From the NCBI RefSeq assembly GCF_009914755.1, contig NC_060925.1: DNA of 64,000 bases. One strand, written 5' to 3'. Position numbers and translations under genes: made by a program. The stretch comes from the human T2T-CHM13v2.0 reference genome, Homo sapiens. This document shows, piece after piece, positions 27,965 to 39,581 of the stretch. Each line of letters starts with the position of its first letter. The stretch's first letter is position 1. The notes below the pieces were generated by a model. The model saw only the letters and a program-made list of their open reading frames with translations, made no database searches and had not been told where the DNA came from.

Positions 27965-28344
27965 GTTGCTGTTAATATTCACAAAATACTGTTTTCTTAC
28001 ATTTCCCCTCTCTTTGGAAAGACTTTATATTCTTGGCTTATTAAAGCAATGGATAGCCATGTGACCTGCTTAGACCAATGCCATGTGTCACTTTCAAGGC
28101 AAAAGTTGCAAGGGCCATCTCATGGTTTTCCATATCTCTTTTCCTCTACCATAGAACTGTTTATGTCTCAGATGGGTACTACTCCTTCAGATGGATGATG
28201 AAATGAAGATAATACGGAACAGAGCTATAATCTACCCATAATGGGTGGGCAGCATAAGTGAGAATAAAACGTAGTTATCTTAAGTAACTGCTATTGGAAG
28301 GTTACTTATAACCACAGAATGATCTAGCCCATCCTACCTAATAC
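27965..28344 (+). mobile_element. MaLR LTR (MLT1I/J-like)
   Basis: gccatgtgacctgctt...gtgtcactt...ctagcccatcctacctaataca. Confidence 0.75.
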
Positions 28345-29027
28345 AGGGAGTTACCTAAGGAACAGTAAAACAGTGTGAAAATCCTTAATAAAACAGTTTT
28401 TCCTGTTGTGAAATGGCTTTCTAGTGGCCTTGTCTTTCCTAATTCCTTCCTCCCAAGTTCATTAAATAAAATGACAAAAAACCCGTTAATAAATAACATA
28501 ACCCAATACTCATTGACATCTGTAGCATTTTCATTCTATTTAATCAATTCTTTCAACCCTTCCAAGGCTATTTTGTCCTCAGATCAAAGTAATCAATGCA
28601 TTTGTGCTTTAAAAGCAAACAAAAGCACATTTGGGGTCAATGTCTTCTTCTGGTAATCATGGGGTTATTGGGTCCAGATTTCCCCTCCCATTATAAACGA
28701 CTAAAACAACTGAACAAAGTACATGAGACAACTGTTTTTTGGAGTTTGGAAAACAGGCAGCACAGGACTGTGATTCTTGAAAGTAGAGAAACACGTGAAG
28801 TGAGCCATAGATTGACCAACTTTTGCCTGGAGACACTTTCCACTTCTGGTTCAAAGAAGGATTCTCAAGCCAAGTAGGGCAGAATTGCTGAGTTGCAGAG
28901 ATAGAGACTGGAGTTCACACAATTAGAAAAAATTAGATTGGAGGTTACACAATTAGAAAAAACTATTCTAAAATTCATATGGAACAGCAACAACAACAAC
29001 AAAAAGCCTGAATAGCCTTTTTACAGG

Positions 29028-29078
29028 GACAGAGTGAGACTCTGTCTCAAAAAAAACCAAAAAAACAAAAACAAAACA
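29028..29078 (+). mobile_element. Alu 3'-terminal stub with A-rich tail
   Basis: gacagagtgagactctgtctc followed by an A-rich run. Confidence 0.85.
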
Positions 29079-29329
29079 CCAAGGTGACTTCAGTTATCAA
29101 GATAGAGTATTGGAGAGGAGGGAGTTGCACAGGAAATGAGGTTCAAAAATATCACAGGGATTCTCTTGAGTCTGTTGTTGAATACTTGAACATGCATGCA
29201 AAGGAATAAATCTTACAAGACCAGTAAAAAAATGATAAACTGAAGGGTTCCCAGAGCTCACAAAAGGCTGGAAGATACTCAGATTTTAAGCAGTTAGACT
29301 GGAGAATTCTTGTTAAGAACTTGGGGCAT

Positions 29330-30140
29330 CTTGGATTAATTTGTGTATATAGTGAAAGATAAGCACCCAATTTCATTCTTCTGTGTGTGGCTAGCCAGTT
29401 ATCCCAGCACCATTTATTGAATAAGGAGTCCCTTCTCCATTGCTTGTTTTTGTCAGCCTTGTCAAAAATCAGTCAGATGGTTATAAGTGTACAGCTTCAT
29501 TTCTGAATTTTCTGTTCTGTTCCATTGGTCTGTGTGTCTGTTTTTGTACCAATACCATGCTGTTTTGGTTATTATTGCCTTATAGAATAGTTTGAAGTCA
29601 GCTAGTGTGATGCTTCTGGCTCTGTTCTTTTTGCTTAGTATTGCTTTGGCTATTCAGGCTTTTTTTTTTCTTCCATATGAATTTTAGAATAGTTTTTTTC
29701 TAATTATGTGAAGAATGACATTGCTAGTTTGACAAAAATAGCACTAAATCCGTAAATTGCTATGGGCAGTATGGCCATTTTAATGATATTGTTTCTTCCA
29801 ATCCAGGAGCTTGGAATATTTTTCTATTTATTTGTGTCATCTCTGATTTCTTTCAGCAGTGTTTTGTAGTTTTCCTTGTAGAGATCTTTCATTTCCTTTG
29901 TTAGCCATATTCCTAGGTATTTTATTTTCTTTGTGGCTATGTAAATGGGATTGTGTGCTTGATTTGACTCTCAGCCTAATCACTATTGGTGTATAGAAAT
30001 GCTACTAATTTATGTGCATTGATTTTGTATCCTGAAATCTTGCTAAAATCATTCATCAGGGCTAGCAGCCTTTTTGTGTAGTCTTTAGGGTTTTCTAAAT
30101 AGAGAATCGTATCATCAGTGAAGAAAGATAGTTTGGCTTT
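29330..30140 (-). mobile_element. Inverted ORF2 segment of an older L1PA (PA15-17-like)
   Basis: Antisense ORF2: ccagttatcccagcaccatttattgaata...ttccatatgaattttagaatag. Confidence 0.92.
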
Positions 30141-31250
30141 GTAAGACCTCAAACTATAAAAATCCTAGAAGAAAAGCTACAAAATGCCCCTCTTGACATT
30201 GGTCTTGGCGAGAAATTTTTGGCTAAGTCCCTAAAGGCAATTGCAACCAAAAATTGACAAGTGAGACCTAATTAAACTAAAGAGCTTCTGCACAGCAAAA
30301 GAAACTATCAATAGAATAAACAGACAACCTACAGAACGAGAGAAAGTATTTGCAAACTATGCATCCAACAAAGGTTTAATATCCAGAATCTATAGGGAAT
30401 TTAAACAAATCAACAAGCAAAAATAAATAACCCCATTAAAAAAAGGGCAAAAGACATGAACAGACACTGCTCCAAAGAAGACATACAAGTGGTCAACAAA
30501 TACATAAAAAATGCTTCATGTCACTAATCATTAGAGAAATACAAATCAAAACAACAATGAGATACCATCTCACAGCAGTCAGAATGACTGTTACTAAAAA
30601 GTAAAAAAGTAACAGATGCTAGTAGGGCTGTGGACAAAAGGGAACTCTTCTACACCTTGGTGGGAATGTAAATTAATTCAGCCACTGTGGAAAGCAGTTT
30701 GGAGATTTCTTAAAGAACATAAAACAGAACTACCATTTGACCCAACAATCTCATTACTGGGTATATACCTAAAGGAAAATAGATCATTATACCAAAAAGA
30801 CACCTGCACTTGTATGTTCATCACTGTGTTATTCACAATAGCAAAGACATGGAATCAAGCTTAATGCCCATCAATGATGGAATGGAAGAAAATCTAGTAC
30901 ATATACATCATGGAATACTACACAGCCATAAGAAAGAATGAAATCGTGTCTTTTGCAGCAACATGGATGGAGCTGGAGACCATAATCCTAAACAAATTAA
31001 TGCAGGAATAGAAAGCTAAATACCATAGGTTCTCACTTATAAGTGGAAGCTAAACATTGAGCCCAATGAACATAAGCAGGGATACAGTAGACATTGTGGA
31101 CTACTAGAGGAGGGAGGGGAGGGAGGGAGGCATGGGATGAAAAAGTACCTGTTGGGTACTATGCTCACAACCTGAGTGCAATATACCCATGTAACAAACC
31201 TGCACATGTACCAACATATCTAAAGTAAAAGTTGAAATTTAAAAAAAATT
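30141..31250 (+). mobile_element. Sense 3' part of the same L1PA (ORF2 C-terminus, 3' UTR, A tail)
   Basis: ORF 30616-30864 gives WWECKLIQPLWKAVWRFLK...TCMFITVLFTIAKTWNQ, the L1 ORF2p C-terminus; G-rich tract and tgtaacaaacctgcacatgtacc. Confidence 0.95.
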
Positions 31251-31946
31251 ATATAAAAAGCAGAAAAGCTACCAGAATAAAAAAGTAAAAATCAGAAGAA
31301 AAACAAACTAAAAACCCCTAAAAACCTTGGGGCATTTGGTCAAGACCTCAGAGAAGTCATGCCTTCATAGTGGGGCTAAACTATCCTTATAGTAAAGGCT
31401 ACTCAACAGACTTTATAAAGCTTAAAAACAATCTTCAAAAAGATCAAGCTGATCTTCCAGTAATGTAATTGTTTACCAGAACAAAGTGTAGCACTCTTTA
31501 AAGAAAGACTACGAAATCCATCATTCAAAACATAAAATTAACCAAATGTGGCATTCCGTAAAATTACTAATCATGTGAAAACAGGAAAATATGATTCCAT
31601 ATCCAGTAAAATAAATCAGTCGGTAGAAACATACTCAAAATGACAGAGGTGAAAGAATTAGCAAACAACAATTTAAAAACAGCTATTGTAAATATGCATA
31701 ATTATTTAAAGAAAAATATGAACACTGAGGATAAAAATGACATATAGAGAAAAACATAAATCATAAATTCTAATTCTGAAAAATAAAATATCTTGAATGA
31801 AAAATCACTGCATGGAATTAATAGCCAATTAGACAATGTAGAAGAAAAAATGGGGAACTTGAAAACATAAATGAAAACTATCCAAAATGAAGTATATATA
31901 GGAAAAAAAGTAAAAAAAAAAATAATGAATAGAGTCTCAATGACAA

Positions 31947-32314
31947 TGATATGGTTTGGCTCTGTGTTCCCACCCAAGTCTCATATCAAATTGTCATCCT
32001 CACATGTTGGGGGAGTGACCTCGTGGGAAATGATTGAATCATGGGGGTGGATTTCTCCCTTGCTGTTCTCATGATAGTGAGTGAGTTCTTATGAGATCAT
32101 TTTGTTTAAAAGTGTAACACTGTCCCCCTTCACCCTCTCCCTCCTGCTGCCATGGAATATGTGCCTTGCTTCCCCATCATCTTCTGCCATGATCATAAGT
32201 GTCCTGAGGCTTCCTCAGCCATGTGGAACTGTGAATCAATTAGACCTTTTTTTTAAAAATAAATTACTCAGTCTCAGGTAGTTCTTTATAGCAGTGTGAA
32301 AACGGACTAATACA
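31947..32314 (+). mobile_element. THE1 (THE1D-like) solo LTR
   Basis: tgatatggtttggctctgtg ... gcagtgtgaaaacggactaataca. Confidence 0.93.
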
Positions 32315-32411
32315 ATGGCTTTTGGAAAAATTTCAAGCAGTCTGACATATATATATGTTAGATGAAATATAATATGTATAATTAGAGTTTATTATATCTA
32401 ATATATAATTA

Positions 32412-33026
<615 letters not shown>

Positions 33027-33573
33027 TTATGAACAGAGCAACAAAGATAAGAATTATCATCGTTTTCTCACCTGAGCCTATTTAAACCAGAAGACAATGT
33101 AACACCATCTTTAAAGTACTGAAACTAAAGCAAACAGAACAGAACAAGAAAATTAAATTAACAAAAACCTTCTGTTAAACTAGAATGCCATATCAAATGA
33201 ACATTTCTTTTAAAAGTGGAGTTTAAATAATGGCTTTTCAAAGAAAAGTTGAAAGAACTTGTATTTATGAGATCTGAACTACAAGAAATGTTATAAGACA
33301 TTCTTGAGGAAGAAATTAGAGCTACATACAGACATAAAGAACCCTACAAATTGTAAATATATGAATAAATAAAAAATTTTACTTAAGATTTTTTTCAAAA
33401 GATAACTGAAGCAAAAACGGCAGTCGTTTTATAGTTTATAATACATACAGATAAAAATATATAATAGTACAAAGAATGGGAAGGAGAAAATGGAAGAATA
33501 TCACTGTAAGTAATATAATAGCACTGAAGGTAGACTGAGATAAGCTAAAATGTATATTTTAAAATTTAAAGCA

Positions 33574-33620
<47 letters not shown>
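33574..33620. repeat. (CA)n microsatellite
   Basis: Read directly. Confidence 0.98.
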
Positions 33621-33621
<1 letters not shown>

Positions 33622-34284
33622 CCCAAAAATGAAAAAACAGAGGGAGAGCTAATAAGCCAGAGATAAAACCCAATTATAAAAACATTTAATTTAATCCAAA
33701 GAAGGCAGAAAAAAGGAACAAAAAAAGAATTAATGGGGCAAATTGAAAACAACTATTAAGATAGTTAATTCAAACATAGCCATATCAATAATCATAATAA
33801 GTGTATACTTTCTAAACACTTCAATTAAAGGGCCAACATTATTAGAATGGATTAAAAAAAAGAAATAATCATTCCTGTTATAGTTTTGTGTTGTCTATAA
33901 AATGTGTACAGTAAATACAAAGTCACAGATAGGTTCAAAATAAAAGGATGGAAAAAATATACCATTCAAACACTAATCAAATGAAAGCTGTAATTCATAT
34001 ATTAATATCAGAAAAAAGGACTTTTCAGAACAAGGTATATTGCCAGGGATTATGATACAGAAAAAGCATTTGTAAAAAATATAGCCCTCATTCATGATTA
34101 AAACTCTCAACAAATTAGGAATACAAGTCCAGTTTGGTGTACTTCTGATTTACAGGGAATCTGCAAAAACTTACAGTGAATATCATACTTAATGGGGAAC
34201 AATTGAATACTTTCCATTTAGGACTGTGAACAAGTCAAGGATGTTTGTTTTTATAACTTCTGTTCGACACTCGTTGTCTTAACT

Positions 34285-34665
34285 GGTTGTGATAATTTTA
34301 TGTGTCAGTTTAACTAGGCAAACGGTACCTAGATAACTGGTGAAACAAAATTTCTGTGAAACATCTGTGAAGATGTTTCTAAAAGAGATTAGCATTTGCA
34401 TCAGTAGACGGGGTAAAGATGACCCTGACCAATGTGAGTAGGCATCATCCAATCTGTTGAGGGCCTGAATAAAACAAAAAGGCAGAGGAAGTGAATTTGC
34501 TCTCTCTGCTTTAGCTTGGCATATCCAATTTTTCCGGGCTTCTGACATTGGCACTCCTGGTTCTCAGACCTTCAAACTTGAACTGGGATTTATACCATCA
34601 GCCTTCCAGTTCTCTGGTCTTTGAACTCAGACTGAAACTTACACTATTGGGTTCTCTCCTACTTG
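34285..34665 (+). mobile_element. MLT2 (ERVL) LTR, 5' portion
   Basis: taattttatgtgtcagtt...gagattagcatttg...ggcatcatccaatctgttgagggcctgaata. Confidence 0.85.
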
Positions 34666-35787
34666 GTAGGTGATGATTGGACTTTATAAATATCAGTTTT
34701 TTTCCTTTAAAAGGTGCTATTAAAACATTAAAATTAAATCCATAGATTAAAATACTCAGAATACCTAGGTCAGACAAAGTACTTGCAACTAGAATATATA
34801 AGGAACACTTAAAACTTGATAAAAAGAATAAAAAGGACCTCCCCAAAATGGCAAAATATTTCATATCATTTTTCAGAAGACATAAGTGGCCAATAAGCAT
34901 GTACAAATATGTTCAATAAAATTATTCATCGGGAAAAGCAATTAAAACCACAATGAGATTCTGCTACATCTTTACTAAGACTAAATTTGCAAAAAAAAAA
35001 AAAAAAAAAGACCACATTAAGTGTTGGCAAAAATGTGGAGCAACTGGAACTTTCATACACTGTTGGTGGGAATGTGAAATGGTACACCAGTTTGGAAAAA
35101 AGTTTGGCAGTTTCATTAAGTGGCAAATTATGATATATCCATGAAATGGAACACCACTTTGCAATAAAAGAAATGAACTACTACTAACATATGCAACAGC
35201 TTTAAGGAATTTCAAAAGCATTATGCCAAGTAAAAGAAGCTAGCCAAGTAAAAGAAACTAGATACAAAAGAGTGCATACTGTAGCATTTCATTTATAAGA
35301 ATTTCAAGAACAGATACATCTAATTTATAACAACATAAAGCAGATCATTGGCCGTCTGAAACAAGGGGTGAAGAGAATGACTACAAAGGAACATGAGAAA
35401 GCTTTTTAGGGTGATGAAAATAGTCTACATTTTTATTAATGTATTGATTACACTGATGTGTGCATATATATATGTCAAAACTTATTGAATTATGTACTTC
35501 AAATGGGCATTTTAGTTTATGAAAATCATTGTTCAATAAAATTGATTAAAATATTTTTAAAAACATTAATAAAACATTTTGAGCCCTTTACATTTCAGCC
35601 TGTGTTTACAAATTAAAAAAAGCAATGTAAGAGGTGCAACAACAGGTCATAACACAATGCTTCTGGGTATCAGACTGAGTGCCATTCTCACCAGGTATTT
35701 TGCAGGAAGCTGATGAATTTCTACAACAGTTTCAAAAGTTAGGGATAGCCTGATCCTTCTGCAAACTGTGAAGGATTACATGAAGGA

Positions 35788-35925
35788 CCAGAACTTATAC
35801 CATCAGCTCTCTTGCTTCCAAGGCCTTCAGACTTGAACTGGAACTGCAAAATCAGCTCTCCTGGGCCTGGACTTAACTTAGCCTCCATAATTGTGTAAGC
35901 CATTCTTTATTATACATTTCTGTCT

Positions 35926-35962
<37 letters not shown>

Positions 35963-36014
35963 CCATCTATATCTTCTACTGATTCAGTTTCTCTGGAGAA
36001 CCCTAACTAATACA
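35788..36014 (+). mobile_element. MLT2 LTR, 3' portion
   Basis: agcctccataattgtgtaagcca...gtttctctggagaaccctaactaataca. Confidence 0.85.
35926..35961. repeat. (ATC)12 microsatellite
   Basis: Read directly. Confidence 0.97.
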
Positions 36015-36314
36015 GATGTTCCTTCACTTGTTTTTCTCACTCATATTCCATAGCTTTTTGGATAAACTTGTTACTTGCTTATATTTTTCTAAATTGTTAA
36101 TAATTTTTTCTTTATTTTTTCTTTCATTTTTCTTTTTTCAACACAAGCACAAAGCTTTTTCCTATTTCTTTCTTAAATTGTTTCAAAGAGAAGAGTCTAC
36201 CTCTCCTTCTCTTTTGCCTTCCTCTGATCTTCCCTCCCTGCTTCTCACTTGAGGCATTTATCAAAATGGAAATAGAAATTTCATTTCTGAGAAGAGAAAG
36301 CACAGCACGATATG

Positions 36315-36485
36315 AATAGAAGTTGGAAGATCTGAGTTCCCATCCTAGTTCTTCTGTGAACCAGTTGTGTTATCTTGGTCCAGTTGGCCAATCTCTCATT
36401 CCACAAATTTTTCTGATTCTGGTCTCAATTTCCTTATTTGTAAAATGAGAGAGTTGAATTCTATGATCTCTTCTGTTTCTTACAA
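36315..36485 (+). mobile_element. MIR
   Basis: gaagatctgagttc...tctcaatttccttatttgtaaaatgag. Confidence 0.65.
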
Positions 36486-36820
36486 TTATTCCCTGAAAGA
36501 CTCTAGAAGCCTCATAATTATTCTCTTCTCATTTATATACTACATCCTCTGTTAGATAGCAGTTTGAATCTTGGTGGAAGCTCAAGAGGGGGAAGAAAAT
36601 GCATTTTAGGTATCTGTCTAGGACTCAGTTAAAGGCAGACAGCTGAAGCGAGCATGCTGTCCGAGGAGTCATGACTGTAACCACTTTCTTCAAAGAGCAT
36701 CATCCATCCACATGCACCACAAAAGGCTCTCATACATGCCATCTCAACATGAATGAGGGATGGAGGCTTATTACCACAATTTTATGGATGACTATTTCAG
36801 AGAGACAACAAGATACTCCC

Positions 36821-37247
36821 TGTGTTTGTCTGTTTTGCATTGCTGTAAAAGAATATCTGAGACTGGGTAATTTATAAAGAAAAAATGTTTAATTGGCTCA
36901 CAGTTCTGCAGAAGGTACAAGAAGCATAGTGCCAGCATCTACTTCTGGTGAGGCCTCAGGATGCTTACAATCATGGTGGAAGGTAAATGGGGAGCTGGCA
37001 CATCATATAGTGAGAGAGGGAGCAAGAGAGAGGAGGCGGTGTCAGACTCCTTTAAACAACAGCTCCTTTAAACAGCTCCCATGGGAACTAACAGAGAGGG
37101 AACCCACTAGTTACCATGGGGAGGGCACCAAGCCATTCATAAGGGATCTGCCCCATGACCCAAGCACCTCCCACCAGGCTCCACCTCCAACACTGGGGAT
37201 CAAATTTCAACGTGGATTTGGAAGGGACACACATCCAAACCACATCA
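36821..37247 (-). mobile_element. MST (MSTA/B-like) solo LTR
   Basis: ctgagactgggtaatttataaag...catccaaaccacatca; 5-bp TSD ctccc/ctcct. Confidence 0.92.
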
Positions 37248-37734
37248 CTCCTGGATCCCCCGGACCTTAACCCACGTCTGCCTCTGCAGTCTTTCCCTTC
37301 ACCACATGGATTTGACTTAAGTCAAAACCTCAGTGGAGCAATCTCTTGGGCTTTCAATCATTTTGACTCAACCCTTGTTTCACTGCAGCCTAGGCTCATC
37401 ACTGACAATAACATTTTGACAAATTATACGACTTAAAAAACGAGGTGTAGACTTATTTATCCATAGCATTCTTCATGGGATGAATCTGTTTCAAGGAAAT
37501 TTTGACTTTGAATCAAATTTTAGGCATGCCTAGGACTAAAAGGAGGCTCAGCAGAAATGCGATGACAAAGCCCATGGATTACAGAAAGCCTCTCCGGCTT
37601 GTGCATATCTCTGGTAGAGTTTGCCCATTCCAGACTGGCCTTGCTGTTCAGGCATTTTCCTCCATTCCATCAAGATTATTCTTATTCAGTGTTTACATCT
37701 CTATCGAGCTCCTAGTGTATATTAAGCATTGAGG

Positions 37735-37975
37735 AAGAGATCACAGTGAATACGTTGGCCTCTGGAGTCCAAATACCTTGCTGCTAATCTTGCTTTGTTA
37801 GTTGTATATTAATGGGCAAGATATTCACAATATTCACTAGACTAGTTTTAACATCAGTAAAACTGAGAGAATTAAAATATATACCTCCTAAGAGTAATGA
37901 GAGTGCCAATAAAACACTGAGTGCAATATTTGGCACTTGGAAAGTCTTCAATAACTGTTAGCAAATATCATCATT
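37735..37975 (+). mobile_element. MIR
   Basis: ctctggagtcc...gggcaaga...catcagtaaaa...tggcacttggaaagtcttcaataa. Confidence 0.6.
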
Positions 37976-38649
37976 ATCACTGGTGGAGAGGGACTTGCAA
38001 ATGTTAATAGAGCAGGACACAAAATAAAGAGTCATTATTTCTGACCAGGCTAACGGGAATGGCTTCCCATAAAGAGAGACACTTGAACTGCACTGGAGGA
38101 TGAGTGGGAGTTTGATAGCCAGGAACTGTAAAAGGGCATTCTGGTTGGATGGGTCAGCAATACAGTCCCCATATGATCTCATCCAGGAGGATTGTGATCA
38201 CCCAGACTTTTTAAAAATAAAGAGCCTGAAGCTCACAATGGGAGCAACCACAGTGGAAGGACAATTAAGCTGCAGCCTGTTCACGGGCTTCCTGCCAAAC
38301 CTAAACAGATTTCTCAGACCAGTGACTCATCAACAAGACAAACTACATGTACCTGTTGCATCAATCCGGTGCTTTCTGTTTATTTTTATCTTGTCCCTGT
38401 GACCCCTCTTTGCTCCATTGTTAATACCCACTGCACTGGGCGAGGCTGGCTTTGAGATGCAGTAAGCTTCATTTTGGCTTTTTTTTTCACTTGTGCATTT
38501 TCCAGCCAAAAGAGAGTGAGTTCCTTACCACTCCATCTTCCTTTCTTCTTTCTAGAGAAATGTTCACTATGCCATGAAGTAGCTGTCACTTATGCACTCC
38601 ATTCCTTGGTGTGGAAGACATTTCCCTCTTGCTGGGATAAATAAGTGGA

Positions 38650-38795
38650 ATTGATATTTACTGAGTCTTGCACTAGGCACTTGAAGACTCTCATTTAGTC
38701 CCCACAACAGTTCTCGGAAGGAGGTATTACTAGCCCATTTTATGGATGAGACTAAAAGTGGTGGAGTAAACTTGGCCAAAGTCAACTAGCCTAAA
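38650..38795 (-). mobile_element. MIR
   Basis: tctcatttagtcccacaac...cccattttatggatgag. Confidence 0.7.
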
Positions 38796-39205
38796 TGTGA
38801 GATAGTTTGCTTGGTGACTTTCTCTAGTGGCTCTTGTTCTCATCACAGGACAACATGTTCTCAAGACACCCACAATTGGGAAGAGCAACTGTGTAGGGGA
38901 AGTAGAGCCCCCAAACCATTTCCTCCTTCTTTTAATTCAGATCTCCCCCAAGCTCAAGTCCATGGTTGTTGAGTGTCTCACCACAAATGCTGCTAAGATT
39001 CCCTTTTCTGTCCTCGGAGTCAAATGAAGAGAGTTTAATTCTTTTTTTTTTTTTTTGTGACAGGCCTTCATATACCTGAAGAAAGTTTAATTTGAATACC
39101 TCATTCTCATCATTTACCATCCTCCCCACTCCCCCATCCCCTGCCTTAATATTTCCTTTTTAAGGCAAAACAGTTTCCATTTAGAAGCAAAGAAAGGTAA
39201 GTGAC

Positions 39206-39581
39206 TGCTAAGATTTGAATGTTTGTGCCCCTCCAAAATCCATGTTGAAACTTAACTCCCAATGCAATACTATTCAAAGGTGGGGCCTTTAGGAGGTGAT
39301 TGGGTTATAAGTGCTCTGCCCTTATGAATGATATCAGTGCCCTTATAAAAGAGCTTGAGGGAACGAATTCTGTTCTTCCATCCCTTCTGCCATATGAGGA
39401 CATAGTGTTTTTTCCTTCTTGGGGACCACATCAACAAGGCACCATCTTGGAAGCAAAGAGCAAGCCCTTACCATACACCAAAACTATAAGAAAGTCCAGA
39501 ACTACGAGAAATAAGTTTCTGTTGTTTTCAAATTATCCAGTCTGTAGTAATTTGTTGGACCAGTGGGAATGCACTAAGACA
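39206..39581 (+). mobile_element. MaLR solo LTR (MLT1A/MSTD-like)
   Basis: tgcta...tgaatgtttgtgcccctccaaaat ... actaagaca; TSD gtgac/gtggc. Confidence 0.88.

Noticed and set aside
30616-30864. ORF with recognisable protein similarity (also 34953-35144)
   Set aside because: Residual L1 ORF2p C-terminal fragments in disrupted elements, not host genes.
35225-35260. Small tandem duplications (gccaagtaaaagaa x2; also 37047-37077 and 16039-16063)
   Set aside because: Ordinary slippage duplications in old repeats or AT-rich DNA.
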